Assembly: GCF_001306055.1 (NCBI RefSeq)
Contig: NZ_LGHJ01000012.1
Location: 60,001 to 92,000, forward strand
From: Bellilinea caldifistulae
Lineage (GTDB): Bacteria; Chloroflexota; Anaerolineae; Anaerolineales; Anaerolineaceae
Length of the DNA: 32,000 nt
Reading direction: 5' to 3'
The translations under genes and the position numbers were made by a program. Every line of letters begins with the position of its first letter. Within the stretch, counting starts at the first letter, position 1. Under the pieces are notes generated by a model. The model made no database searches, was not told the DNA's origin, and saw only the letters and a program-made list of their open reading frames with translations. Positions 1 to 9,728 of the stretch are shown here, in pieces.

Positions 1-2
1 TC

Positions 3-458
3 TTGACTGCGCTTGCCTTTGTGCGGGATGACCTGCGCGCCATGCTGGAAGAAGGATTGAACTACTTGCCGCAGCGCAGCGAGTACGTGGCAGTTGCCCG
101 AGAAATTTTACAAACGCTCGCCACCACGCCCGACCCATTGCAAGCCTGGCAGCAACTGGACACGCGTTTTGAGGAGTACAACTGGATTCACGCCTATCCC
201 AACCTGGCCGCAGATTTATTTGCCCTGTGGCATTGCAACGGCGACATGACGACCGCTTTCCGCTGGCTGGCCCACGCCGGGCTGGATGTGGACTGCAACG
301 CCGGCCTGGTAGGGACGGTTTTAGGAATCATGTTCGGTACGCCCGCAAAATGGGCGGAACCGCTGCAAGATACCCTGGAAACCTACTTACGCGGTAAAGA
401 ACGGCTCTCCATCCGGGCTCTTGCCGAGCGCACCTTGCAGTTAATAAAATCCAGTTAA
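3..458 (+). CDS. ADP-ribosylglycohydrolase family protein, C-terminal part (5' end upstream of window)
   Basis: The ORF is open to the window edge, so the TTG at 3 is an edge artefact. The C-terminal '[19 protein letters not shown]...KWAEPL' resembles the conserved D-x-D-x-N-A/G-rich C-terminal motif of DraG/ARH-type enzymes. Confidence 0.55.
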   Translation: MTALAFVRDDLRAMLEEGLNYLPQRSEYVAVAREILQTLATTPDPLQAWQQLDTRFEEYNWIHAYPNLAADLFALWHCNGDMTTAFRWLAHAGLDVDCNAGLVGTVLGIMFGTPAKWAEPLQDTLETYLRGKERLSIRALAERTLQLIKSS

Positions 459-459
459 C

Positions 460-1764
460 TCAAACCGCAACGGGCGTGCTTTCGAGGTAAATCGTCTCGC
501 TCTTATCGTCGTAGCCCAGCACCTCGGCATAACGGCCCCAATTCACCACCGTTTCCAGTTGTTTCTCGGCTTCTTCGGGCGGAAATTCCAGTTCGAGCGC
601 AGTTTGAATCACATTCCACTTCAACTGCTGATTCTCCGCCGAGCGCAGCATGTTGATAATCCAGCGGAAAATCGGCAGACGGCGGATGCGGGTTGCAAAA
701 ATTTCCTTGCGCGCCAGAATGCTGGCTTCAGCAAAGGTTTCGCCCAGCACCGTCAGGGTAATATCGCCTTTCTGAATGGTCGCAAAGCGCAGCAGTTCGG
801 CTGCCTCGGTCAAGCGCAGCAAGGTGTCCGAGTCAATCGAAAGTTCCTCAGCCAGACGATAGATATCCGCCCCATCTTTGTGGTTCTCAAAAATGTGTTC
901 GAGCATACCGGTCAAATCACTGATGCTGATTTCCGGTAAGGCGCGGGTCGTACCCGGCTCACCCGGCGCCGATCCCAATTCTTCGGCTTCGGTCATGGTC
1001 TGTCCGGCAAGGATACCGTAGGTTCGGTCTACCAGCGCCTGAAATTCGGGTGATTTGCGCTGGCGCGGATGCGGCAGATTCACCTCAAAATCGGCTACCA
1101 CCCGTCCCGGGTTTTTATCCATTACCACCAGGCGGTCTGCCATAAAAACCGCTTCCTCGATATTGTGACTGACCATCAGGATGGCACGGGTTGGGATGTT
1201 GCCGCTCAGCCACAACTCAAGCAACTCGCCCCGCAGGGATTCGGCGCTCAGCACATCCAGCGCCGAAAACGGCTCATCCAGGCAGAGCAGCTCCGGCTCA
1301 ACCGCCATGGCACGCGCAAAACCCACTTTTTGGCGCATCCCACCAGAGAGTTCACGAGGATAAGCATTTTCAAAGCCATCCAGACCGACCCGGTCAATCA
1401 GGTCAATGGCCAGCCGGCGGCGGTTGTCCGCCTCCACCCCGCGGGCTTTGAGCGCCAGTTCAACATTTTCCTGAACGGTCAGCCACGGGAAGAGCGCAAA
1501 GGTCTGGAAGACAATCGAGGCATAGGGGTTTACTCCCATCAACCTTTGCCCACGGTAAAACACATCCCCCTCCGAGGCCTTTTGCAGACCGGTGATAATC
1601 CGCAGTAACGTGCTTTTACCACAGCCGGACGGCCCCAACAGAGCAACATATTCGCCTTCCCGCACGGTCAGGTTGACCTTGTCCACAGCCACAAAACGTT
1701 TCTCGCCGCTGCCGTACAACTGAGACACATTTTTCAGTTCGAGTAACACCGAATCGTTGCTCAT
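460..1764 (-). CDS. ABC transporter ATP-binding protein (NitT/TauT nitrate/sulfonate/bicarbonate-like) with about 170-aa C-terminal extension
   Basis: Walker A 'GPSGCGKST', signature 'LSGGMRQK', Walker B 'LLCLDEPFSALD' and H-loop 'MVSHN' are present. The extra C-terminal domain resembles the AAA-associated C-terminal domain seen in this transporter family. The gene lies 4 nt downstream of the permease gene. Confidence 0.9.
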   Translation of the reverse strand: MSNDSVLLELKNVSQLYGSGEKRFVAVDKVNLTVREGEYVALLGPSGCGKSTLLRIITGLQKASEGDVFYRGQRLMGVNPYASIVFQTFALFPWLTVQENVELALKARGVEADNRRRLAIDLIDRVGLDGFENAYPRELSGGMRQKVGFARAMAVEPELLCLDEPFSALDVLSAESLRGELLELWLSGNIPTRAILMVSHNIEEAVFMADRLVVMDKNPGRVVADFEVNLPHPRQRKSPEFQALVDRTYGILAGQTMTEAEELGSAPGEPGTTRALPEISISDLTGMLEHIFENHKDGADIYRLAEELSIDSDTLLRLTEAAELLRFATIQKGDITLTVLGETFAEASILARKEIFATRIRRLPIFRWIINMLRSAENQQLKWNVIQTALELEFPPEEAEKQLETVVNWGRYAEVLGYDDKSETIYLESTPVAV

Positions 1765-1768
1765 GGGT

Positions 1769-3505
1769 TCACTCCATCCGGTAAATTTCTTCGGCCTGCC
1801 GGTACAACGGCCGCCATACCAGCCGGTTGATCAGCACCACCACAACCACCATGACCAGAGTGCCTGCCAGCAGCAGAGGATAGTTCCCTTGATCGGTTGC
1901 ATGAGAAATGACCGCACCAATGCCGATTGTCTGCTGAACCTTGCCGCTAAAGGTCACATACTCTGCCACAATGCTGGCGTTCCAGGCTCCCCCGCTGGCG
2001 GTGATCGCACCCGTAATCAGGTACGGGAACAGCGCCGGCAAGATGAGGGTGCGCCAGCGCTGCCAGCCTTTCAAACCCAACAGAGCCGTCGTGTATTTCA
2101 AATCCTGGGGGATGGCATTCGCTCCCGCAATCACATTGAAAAGCAGATACCACTGCGTCCCCATTAACATCAACAAAACCGCCGCCAGATTCAACCCACC
2201 CGGCACTTGTAAAATGAAGAGCAGCAAAACCGGGAAGAGAGCCGTCGCCGGTACCGAGGCGGCTACCTGCACAATGGGTTGCACCACACTGGCAAAGCGC
2301 GGGTTGGTGCCGATCAACACCCCCACCGGAATCGTCCACGCCAGTGCGATCAGCAAAGCCAGCGATACCCGCACCGCGGTCGCCACTACCCCCAGCCCAA
2401 TCTGCCCCCATTCCGCTCCGTTCAATGCCAACAGCATTGTCACCGCCCGCATCATGCCGAACCCCAACAGGATGATCACGCCGGCTGCGAACACCCTCCC
2501 AACCCAGATTTGCCACTGAGAAGTCGGCTGGCTCTCGCGCTCCACCGGAAAGCGGCGCATCAACCACTGATCGAACCGTTCGTTAAGCGGTGCAAACACC
2601 CGCTGCCCCAAATAGCGAAACAACCATGAATTGGACAACCAGGAATAAAACCACGAAGTTGGCGGGTTATCGCTCTCCACCATTTCGAGCTTGAATCGGT
2701 CAGACCAGGCAATCAACGGCCGCCAGACCAGTTGATCCAGCGCCACAATCACCAGAATCAGAGTTGCCAGGCCATAACCGATGGCAGTCAAATCGCCCTG
2801 AACTGAGGCTTCATGCAGATATGCCCCAATGCCCGGCAGGCGGAAGTCCCGCTGCCCGACGGTGAAAATTTCGGCTGCCATCAGGAAGAACCAGCCTCCC
2901 GCCCAGGACATCATACTGTTCCAGATCAGGCTGATCATCCCAAACGGCAGTTCCAGATTTTTGAAACGCAACCAGCTGTTCAGCCGAAAGATGGCGCTGG
3001 CTTCACGTAATTCTTTTGGAATGGTGGTCAGAGATTGGTACCAGGCAAAAGTCATGTTCCAGGCCTGACTGGTGAAAATCAACACGACCGAAGCCAGTTC
3101 AGCCGCAATGTTTTGCGGCAAAATAGCGCTGAGCCCCAAAAGGACAACCGGCAGAAAGGACAGAATCGGCACGCTTTGTAACACATCCAGCAGGGGCATC
3201 ATCACTTTTTCGGCGCGGGGGTTATAAGCCGCCACCCGCCCGTAGATGAGTGTGAATACGACCGAAAGCAGGTAAGCCCCCAGCATTCTTAAAACCGAGT
3301 ACAGGGCATAGAGCGGTAAGCGGGACGGGTCAAGCGAAATTTGCCGTCCACCAACCGTTTCCGGCGCATTGACCGCCAGCCGCACACCGACGTAAATCAG
3401 CACCACAATACCGATCAACACCAGCCAATCCACCACTTGCAGGCTGCGCAAGCCGGAGCGTTCCGGATCGAAATTCTGGCGGAATGTCAGTTCTGACTTC
3501 TTCAT
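1769..3505 (-). CDS. ABC transporter permease, fused double transmembrane domain (NitT/TauT-like)
   Basis: 578-aa, highly hydrophobic protein with two permease-like halves. Its start overlaps the upstream gene's stop by 4 nt (3502-3505). Confidence 0.85.
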   Translation of the reverse strand: MKKSELTFRQNFDPERSGLRSLQVVDWLVLIGIVVLIYVGVRLAVNAPETVGGRQISLDPSRLPLYALYSVLRMLGAYLLSVVFTLIYGRVAAYNPRAEKVMMPLLDVLQSVPILSFLPVVLLGLSAILPQNIAAELASVVLIFTSQAWNMTFAWYQSLTTIPKELREASAIFRLNSWLRFKNLELPFGMISLIWNSMMSWAGGWFFLMAAEIFTVGQRDFRLPGIGAYLHEASVQGDLTAIGYGLATLILVIVALDQLVWRPLIAWSDRFKLEMVESDNPPTSWFYSWLSNSWLFRYLGQRVFAPLNERFDQWLMRRFPVERESQPTSQWQIWVGRVFAAGVIILLGFGMMRAVTMLLALNGAEWGQIGLGVVATAVRVSLALLIALAWTIPVGVLIGTNPRFASVVQPIVQVAASVPATALFPVLLLFILQVPGGLNLAAVLLMLMGTQWYLLFNVIAGANAIPQDLKYTTALLGLKGWQRWRTLILPALFPYLITGAITASGGAWNASIVAEYVTFSGKVQQTIGIGAVISHATDQGNYPLLLAGTLVMVVVVVLINRLVWRPLYRQAEEIYRME

Positions 3506-4506
3506 CGTGCCAACATGCCCTTTTCCCGCGACCAGTCAATGGCTTCACGGATCGCCTGGTCAATTTCCACACAACACGCCCATTCTAACTCTTTTTTGGC
3601 TTTCTGAGGGTCATAATAAAAATACCTCCCGGCCAGATATAGTTCGGAGGAGGAAACCGGTAAGGCCAGCCAGTTCTCAAATAGCCTGTACAAACCAGCC
3701 AAACGACGAACCAGCCCGGCGGGTAGAACGGTGCGCGGCGGTGATACACCCGCCACTTCGGCAATCCGCTCAACCAGATGGGCAAGCCTCAGGTTCTGCC
3801 CGGCGAGGATGTAACGCTCACCACGCCGCCCGCGCTGCAAGGCAGCCAGATGACCGGCAACCGTATCATTCAAGGAGACCACATTCAACCCCCCTTCAAC
3901 GATCACCGGCAGGCGTCCTTGCGCCACCTGCACCACCACCGAACGCGACTGACGGTACAAATCACCCGCGCCAATCACCAGACTTGGGTTGAGGATGACC
4001 ACATCCAACCCGGCTGCAACCGCCCGCTGGACTTCCAGTTCCGCCAGATACTTGGCGTATCCATATGGCCAGCGTTCCGGCTGGTCATTCCAGGTGTGAG
4101 TTTCGTTCATGGTGTAAGCTGCGCTGTGACTGCCGGGGATTTGGGGCGGTAAACCCAGCGCAGCGACCGAGCTGGTGTGTACCACGCGTTCTACACCCGA
4201 TTCCAGTGCAGCTCGAAGTACGGCGCGCGTTCCTTCAACCGTAACGGAGTAATGCCGCCCGGGATCTCGACCTCCGCCCATCAGCGCCGCCGTGTGAAAA
4301 ACCACCTGAACCTCCTGCATGGCCTGCAGAAGACTCTCCGGCTGGCTCAGATCACCGATAGCATGTTCTACCGGCAGGTCTTTTATCAACAGCAGGTTCG
4401 AAGCAGGGCGGTGAAAAGCACGCACCTCAAAACCGGCTTCCAGCAGCGCCCGGCAGACAGCCGAACCGATGAAGCCGGTAGCGCCGGTCACCAGCGCTTT
4501 AATCAT
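3502..4506 (-). CDS. NAD-dependent epimerase/dehydratase (extended SDR) family protein
   Basis: Rossmann motif '[12 protein letters not shown]' follows directly after the internal ATG at 4506. Catalytic YxxxK is present ('YGYAK'). The ORF-track start at 4611 would run 100 nt into the thiolase gene. ATG 4506 gives an ATGATTAA-type 8-nt overlap with the thiolase stop. Confidence 0.85.
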   Translation of the reverse strand: MIKALVTGATGFIGSAVCRALLEAGFEVRAFHRPASNLLLIKDLPVEHAIGDLSQPESLLQAMQEVQVVFHTAALMGGGRDPGRHYSVTVEGTRAVLRAALESGVERVVHTSSVAALGLPPQIPGSHSAAYTMNETHTWNDQPERWPYGYAKYLAELEVQRAVAAGLDVVILNPSLVIGAGDLYRQSRSVVVQVAQGRLPVIVEGGLNVVSLNDTVAGHLAALQRGRRGERYILAGQNLRLAHLVERIAEVAGVSPPRTVLPAGLVRRLAGLYRLFENWLALPVSSSELYLAGRYFYYDPQKAKKELEWACCVEIDQAIREAIDWSREKGMLAR

Positions 4507-5719
4507 CCAGCCACTCCACAATCGTGGCTTCGCCCTGCCCCACCCCCACACACAGCATCGCCAGCCCGTAAAACGGGCGCGGCTGAGCCGCGGCGCGCCG
4601 GCGCATTTCATACAGGAGGGTGGTCAAAATGCGCGCCCCAGAGCAGCCGAGCGGATGTCCCAGCGCAATCGCCCCGCCGTTGACATTGACGATTTCCTCC
4701 GGAAGACCCAACTCGCGAATCACCGCCAGAGCCTGCACGGCAAAGGCTTCGTTCAATTCCACCAGGCCGATTTGTTCGATGGTCAGGCCGGCTTTGGCAA
4801 GAGCCTTGCGCGCTGCCGGCACCGGCCCAATGCCCATAATCCGTGGCAGCACCCCCGCGGCGGCACTGCTGACGATCCGTGCCATGGGTTTCAACCCCAG
4901 TTGGCGGGCTTTGCTCTCGCTCATCACCAGCAGCCCGGCGGCACCATCATTCAAGCCGGAGGAATTACCAGCCGTTACCGTACCGCCCTTGCGGAAAATG
5001 GGCGGCAGCGCCGCCAGCGATTCGAGAGTCGTATCACGGCGCGGACGCTCATCCTGCACCACCCGGAGCGGTTCGCCCCTGCGCTGGGGAATCTCCACCG
5101 GCAGAATTTCCTCGGCAAAACGGCCTTCGTCCTGCGCGGCAACCGCCCGCCGGTGACTTTGCAAGGCAAAGCGGTCCTGCTCGCTGCGGGGGATACCGGT
5201 CATCTCAGCCAGATTTTCGGCCGTTTCGCCCATTGCCTCGATTCCATACATTGCTTCCATCTTAGGATTGGGGAAGCGCCATCCCAGCGCTGTATCCCAG
5301 GCGGTCAGGTTGCCGAAGGGAAAACCTTTCTCGGCTTTGGGCAGAGCGTACGGTGCCCGGGACATGCTCTCAACCCCACCCGTCAGAAAGACCTCTCCAT
5401 CGCCGGTTTGGATGGCGCGCGCCGCCAGATTGACCGCCGCCAGGCCCGAAGCGCAAAGTCGGTTGACGGTCAAAGCCGGCACTTCCGGCGGCAGCCCGGC
5501 CAGCAGGGTGGCCATGCGGGCCACGTTCCGGTTATCCTCCCCGGCCTGATTGGCGCACCCAAAATACACTTCGTCAACCTCTATGCCCTGCAGGCGATTG
5601 CGCTCCACGAGGGCCTTCAAAACCATGGCTGCCAGATCGTCCGGCCGAACGGCAGCCAACACCCCGCCGAGATTGCCAATCGGCGTGCGGATGGCATCTA
5701 CGATGACTGGAATGGACAT
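4499..5719 (-). CDS. acetyl-CoA C-acetyltransferase (thiolase II)
   Basis: Thiolase motifs are present: 'VNRLCASGL' (nucleophilic Cys), '[21 protein letters not shown]' and 'LCVGVGQG'. ATG 5719 is preceded by GGGAGG (5724-5729, minus strand) at 4-nt spacing, so it is preferred over the TTG at 5731. Confidence 0.92.
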   Translation of the reverse strand: MSIPVIVDAIRTPIGNLGGVLAAVRPDDLAAMVLKALVERNRLQGIEVDEVYFGCANQAGEDNRNVARMATLLAGLPPEVPALTVNRLCASGLAAVNLAARAIQTGDGEVFLTGGVESMSRAPYALPKAEKGFPFGNLTAWDTALGWRFPNPKMEAMYGIEAMGETAENLAEMTGIPRSEQDRFALQSHRRAVAAQDEGRFAEEILPVEIPQRRGEPLRVVQDERPRRDTTLESLAALPPIFRKGGTVTAGNSSGLNDGAAGLLVMSESKARQLGLKPMARIVSSAAAGVLPRIMGIGPVPAARKALAKAGLTIEQIGLVELNEAFAVQALAVIRELGLPEEIVNVNGGAIALGHPLGCSGARILTTLLYEMRRRAAAQPRPFYGLAMLCVGVGQGEATIVEWLDD

Positions 5720-5742
5720 GCTACCTCCCAAATGTGGATGGA

Positions 5743-6678
5743 TTATTCGCGAATCAAACGAACTGCTTTGAGCGCCAGCACACTGCCGTCGGCGGGGCTC
5801 AATTCAAATACCTCCAGGTAGATCACCCCCGGCGGTACACTGCTCAAGTCAATTTGCTCCTGAAAAGTGCCGGGGTAGCCGTAATCCGGGGCATCCACCA
5901 TCAGATAACTGTACCGGTACTCAACCCCTTCTTCGGAATAAATCCGGTAGTTCAGGGTGGCTTCGAATGGCATGACCGGTACACCACCCCTTACCTCCAC
6001 CCGATCACCCACCCGGCTGTTTTCGAGGGGTGCTTCCAGGTTGATCTCGCGCCACAAATCCCCAATCCGGGTTGAAATGGAAACCGGCTTCAAGCCAGCC
6101 GGAATCAGCCGCAGTGACCAGCGCACCGGTTGATTGGGACAACAGCCCGGATCACTGGGGCCGTGAATCAGCCCTTCAAGTTCGATTCTGGCATCTACGA
6201 TTTGCAGACTTTCAACCCTTGGGCGGTCATCCACAAAATACAGACCGGCTTGCTCGCCGCTGCCGTCCCGGTTCAACACCGCAACAATCCATACAAATAC
6301 GCCCGTCCCCCCGTAATTGGCTGCCAGCACAACAGCCGCATCCGGTAGACCATCACCGTTCAAATCCCCAAAAGCCAGCGTATCTCCCAGCCGTACCTCC
6401 ATAAAATCTACCGCTGCCGGATCCTCGCCCCGCTGAAAGACGCCATCCGTCAGGCGGAAGGAAACCTGCTCCCCTTCCAACCCAACCGGCAGGGTATATT
6501 CCATGTTCTCCAGGTGGTTTCGGCTTAGCAATACCGGGGTAGTGGTCAGCGCCAGGGTGGGAGAGGGAGTGGGCATGATCGTCTCTGTGGCTGCAGCCGG
6601 CGGATTGAAAGCAACCGGCAAATTACAGGCAGACGCCAACCCCAGCAGAATCATCCACAACAACAAACCACGCCGCAT
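5743..6678 (-). CDS. secreted or lipid-anchored protein with FG-GAP/VCBS-like segment and Gmad2-like Ig domain
   Basis: The N-terminal signal peptide '[17 protein letters not shown]|C' fits either an AxA cleavage site or a lipobox-like Cys. The protein also carries '[14 protein letters not shown]' and a C-terminal '[24 protein letters not shown]' typical of Gmad2-type domains. Confidence 0.7.
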   Translation of the reverse strand: MRRGLLLWMILLGLASACNLPVAFNPPAAATETIMPTPSPTLALTTTPVLLSRNHLENMEYTLPVGLEGEQVSFRLTDGVFQRGEDPAAVDFMEVRLGDTLAFGDLNGDGLPDAAVVLAANYGGTGVFVWIVAVLNRDGSGEQAGLYFVDDRPRVESLQIVDARIELEGLIHGPSDPGCCPNQPVRWSLRLIPAGLKPVSISTRIGDLWREINLEAPLENSRVGDRVEVRGGVPVMPFEATLNYRIYSEEGVEYRYSYLMVDAPDYGYPGTFQEQIDLSSVPPGVIYLEVFELSPADGSVLALKAVRLIRE

Positions 6679-6692
6679 AGCACCAATCCTCC

Positions 6693-8147
6693 TTATATCA
6701 AGCTCACATCGTGCGCCCCGGATTCTTTCTGACCGGCGGGGGTAATGCGGATGAATTCAGCGTTTTGCCATAGTTCCTGTAAGGTATGAGCGCCAGCGTA
6801 ACTCATCCCGGAACGCAATCCGCCCACAATTTGATGCAGAATATCCCGCACCTTGCCACGGTAGGGCACCAACGCTTCCACCCCTTCCGGCACCACTTCG
6901 CTCCACAATTCCTCGGAGTATTCCTCCTCCTGCAGCGGTTTGTCCAATTTGCGCCGCTCGACATTGGCAGAAAGAGATGCCATTCCCCGCACGACCTTAT
7001 AACGCCGGCCCTGCCGCACAATTTCAGCGCCGGGAGCTTCGTCCGTACCGGCCAGCATGGAACCCAACATCACCGCGCTGGCGCCGGCTGCCAGGGCTTT
7101 GGTCACATCACCGGAAGTGCGCATCCCGCCATCAGCGATAATGGGCACATTCAGGCGGTGACCCTCCTCGGCGCATTCGGCTACCGCCGTCAGTTGCGGC
7201 ACGCCAAAGCCGGTAACCACCCGCGTGATGCAAATTGAACCGGCCCCCACACCCACCTTGACTGCATCGGCGCCGGCTTCCGCCAGTTCGCGCACGCCTT
7301 CCGGGGTAGCCACATTTCCTGCCACCAGCGCAACCACCGGAAAAGTCTTTTTCAAACGGCTGACCATCTCGAGCGTATGCTGGGAATGGCCGTGGGCAAT
7401 ATCCACCACCAGCACATCCGCACCGGCTTCCACACAGGCCGCCGCACGCTCCAGATCCTCCGGTCGCACACCGACAGCAGCGCCCACCCGCAAACGGCCA
7501 TGCTGGTCTTTGGTAGCAAAAGGATGGTCCTGAATCTTGATGATGTCCTGCACGGTAATCAGCCCTGCCAGCCGCCCTTCCTCATCCAGCAGGGGCAGTT
7601 TTTCTACCCGTGCCTGATACAATTTCTGGCGGGCCGATTCGAGTGATTCCCCCGCCTGCGCCATCACCAGCCGTTCACGCGGCGTCATCACTGTGCTGAC
7701 GGAGGCCATCTCATCGGTTGCCAGCAGCACATCGCGGGTTGCCACCAGCCCCAGCACATGCTTCTGCTCATCCACGACTACCAGACCGCCGACATCCTCC
7801 GCCTTCATGATCTGGCGCGCCTCCGCAACCGTTGCGGAAGGGCAAATGGTCAGTGGATTCAACACCACCAGACTTTCAGCCCGCTTGACCTTGCGCACCT
7901 GCTCGGCCTGCCGTTCGATACTCATAAAACGATGAAGTATACCCAGACCGCCCTGCTGCGCCATCGCAATCGCCATGGATGACTCCGTCACAGTATCCAT
8001 GTTGGCTGACAGGATGGGGATGTTCAATTCAATCTCTTTGGTAAGCGTGGTCTTGGTGGACACTTCGCTACGGGAACGGATGGAAGATTTTTTTGGCACC
8101 AGAAGCACATCATCGAAAGTTAAGCCAGTCTCCGGGCGAAGGTTCAT
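6693..8147 (-). CDS. guaB: IMP dehydrogenase
   Basis: N-terminal '[11 protein letters not shown]', a CBS pair region, the catalytic loop '[20 protein letters not shown]' and '[11 protein letters not shown]' are present. ATG 8147 is preceded by AGGAGG at 6-nt spacing. Confidence 0.95.
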   Translation of the reverse strand: MNLRPETGLTFDDVLLVPKKSSIRSRSEVSTKTTLTKEIELNIPILSANMDTVTESSMAIAMAQQGGLGILHRFMSIERQAEQVRKVKRAESLVVLNPLTICPSATVAEARQIMKAEDVGGLVVVDEQKHVLGLVATRDVLLATDEMASVSTVMTPRERLVMAQAGESLESARQKLYQARVEKLPLLDEEGRLAGLITVQDIIKIQDHPFATKDQHGRLRVGAAVGVRPEDLERAAACVEAGADVLVVDIAHGHSQHTLEMVSRLKKTFPVVALVAGNVATPEGVRELAEAGADAVKVGVGAGSICITRVVTGFGVPQLTAVAECAEEGHRLNVPIIADGGMRTSGDVTKALAAGASAVMLGSMLAGTDEAPGAEIVRQGRRYKVVRGMASLSANVERRKLDKPLQEEEYSEELWSEVVPEGVEALVPYRGKVRDILHQIVGGLRSGMSYAGAHTLQELWQNAEFIRITPAGQKESGAHDVSLI

Positions 8148-8183
8148 GCTGCACCTCCTGCTGAGCAACAGTTTAGAATCAGG

Positions 8184-8189
8184 TAAAAT
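8184..8189 (+). promoter_or_regulatory. candidate -10 box TAAAAT, 6 nt upstream of the mpg ATG (leaderless transcript?)
   Basis: The sequence reads TAAAAT-acgctc-ATG with no Shine-Dalgarno. The divergent gap to guaB is only 48 nt. Confidence 0.35.
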
Positions 8190-8195
8190 ACGCTC

Positions 8196-8795
8196 ATGCT
8201 GTCTATGTCCATTTTACCGCCAAACTGGTACGAACAGGATGTGGTTTGTGCTGCTCAGCAGTTGCTGGGCAAGCGGCTGGTGCGTTGGTTGAACGGTCAA
8301 CGGGTGAGCGGTATCATCGTTGAAACCGAGGCCTACCGGGGTGAGGAAGACCTCGCCTGCCACGCCCGTGCCGGATACACCCCGCGAACGCGGGTGATGT
8401 ACGGGCCACCCGGCCGGGCTTATATCTATTTTACCTACGGGATGCACTGGCTGTTGAACGTTGTCTGCATGGCTGAAGGTTACCCGGCGGCTGTTTTGAT
8501 TCGCGCCATTCAACCGGTTGAGGGGATCGAAGTCATTGCCAGCCGGCGCCGCGGTCAACCGCCCCCCCAATGGACAAACGGGCCGGCAAAGCTCACTGCC
8601 GCTCTGGAAATTGACGGCAGCCTGAACGGGGCCGACCTGACCACCCCCGCAGCCGGTTTGTGGATTGAAGAAGCGCCCCTGCCCCTAAACGCCGTCATTC
8701 GAACCTCCCCCCGTATCGGCATCGAGCGTGTGCCAGAACCGTGGAAATCCATGCCATGGCGATTCCATTTGAGCGAAGCAGGCTCAACCGGGTAG
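8196..8795 (+). CDS. mpg: DNA-3-methyladenine glycosylase (AAG/Mpg family)
   Basis: 'LLGKRLVR...GIIVETEAYRGEEDLACHA...GRAYIYFTYGMHWLLNVV' matches the conserved core of the Mpg/AAG family. An alternative ATG lies at 8205. Confidence 0.88.
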   Translation: MLSMSILPPNWYEQDVVCAAQQLLGKRLVRWLNGQRVSGIIVETEAYRGEEDLACHARAGYTPRTRVMYGPPGRAYIYFTYGMHWLLNVVCMAEGYPAAVLIRAIQPVEGIEVIASRRRGQPPPQWTNGPAKLTAALEIDGSLNGADLTTPAAGLWIEEAPLPLNAVIRTSPRIGIERVPEPWKSMPWRFHLSEAGSTG

Positions 8796-9728
8796 TTCCA
8801 CGCCATAAAATAAACGCTGGTGTTCACTCATCGAACGCAGCACATGCGCTTGAATCATGGGGAAGATGCGACTTTCCCCAGGAGACTCGTTTTGTAAAGT
8901 ATTCCAACTCAACGGGACAGAAAAGGTGACCCGCGGTTGAATCTTCCAGCGCTGTGGGAATAGCGCCTGAAAAGCCACCTGTACGATCTCTGCCGCTACC
9001 TGAGCGTTCCATTGCTGGCGGAAGAACAGCCGTCCCATCCTCAAAGCCAGCGGAGAAGTCACCTGACTGATGATACCAATGACCAACCTGGTCTCCGGCA
9101 CTTTGCGTAACCATAATTCGAGGCTGGGCAGCCAGGCACGCACCTCGCGCATCGCTCCGCGCATGGTAGCCGGATCCGGTTCAATGGTGCCGCGCGGAAA
9201 GGTCAGCAGCACGCCGCCGTTCTTCAAATGTTGAATTACCTCTCTTAACACATTCACCCGCTGTGCCGTATCGCGGGTTGAAAAAATCAAATGTCGGCTG
9301 ACATGCGGCAAACCCCGCAACAGGGGCATGTCGCGGGCAATCACCTTAACATCCTCTCTTTGCAGTAATTTAGCCAAAATGAACCCGTCAAAAGTACCGG
9401 GATGGTTGCAAGCCACAATCAGCGGACCACACTGCGGAATGGACTGCTCGGCGGCCCACTCGATGTTGCAGGTAAACTGCCCTAGAAAGCGCGTCAACCC
9501 CACCCTCAGCCCAAAGCGGCGGATATCATCATCCAATCCCGCCAGAACCTCCGCCATGCGGTAAAGCGGGCGCTTCAACAACCTGCTTGCCATGCGCCTG
9601 CGCCAATCCTCGGTTGACCAGCCGGAAACCCGAAAGATTTCATATTCCAGCGCAGTATACAGGTCAACGATTTTACGCTGAGGGGGGAGGTGAGCATGGG
9701 AATCTCGCCGGTGGTCATGCGCGGACAT
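8784..9728 (-). CDS. lysophospholipid/glycerol-3-phosphate acyltransferase (PlsC-like) family protein
   Basis: The HX4D motif 'NHPGTFDG' is present, followed by 'FPRGT'. The gene overlaps the upstream gene by 14 nt and the 3' end of convergent mpg by 12 nt. Confidence 0.75.
   Translation of the reverse strand: MSAHDHRRDSHAHLPPQRKIVDLYTALEYEIFRVSGWSTEDWRRRMASRLLKRPLYRMAEVLAGLDDDIRRFGLRVGLTRFLGQFTCNIEWAAEQSIPQCGPLIVACNHPGTFDGFILAKLLQREDVKVIARDMPLLRGLPHVSRHLIFSTRDTAQRVNVLREVIQHLKNGGVLLTFPRGTIEPDPATMRGAMREVRAWLPSLELWLRKVPETRLVIGIISQVTSPLALRMGRLFFRQQWNAQVAAEIVQVAFQALFPQRWKIQPRVTFSVPLSWNTLQNESPGESRIFPMIQAHVLRSMSEHQRLFYGVELPG

Noticed and set aside
3502-4611. N-terminal extensions in the ORF track here and at 14540-15268, 18629-19333, 24701-25573, 15101-15502, 11084-11854, 30994-31476 and 6693-8168.
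   Set aside because: The extensions overlap neighbouring genes or hairpins and are compositionally aberrant. In each case an internal ATG with a good SD (or a -10 box) coincides with the conserved N-terminus of the family.
4469-5821. 450-aa plus-strand ORF, along with similar long ORFs at 20637-21845 (+), 27103-27999 (+), 16147-16962 (-), 18689-19339 (+) and 1069-1608 (+).
   Set aside because: Each lies antisense to, or out of frame within, a gene with unmistakable family motifs (thiolase, flgE, fliH, gatA, ECF sigma, ABC ATPase). Their translations are Arg/Pro/Gly/His-rich low-complexity sequence, typical of spurious ORFs in GC-rich DNA, and they have no SD.
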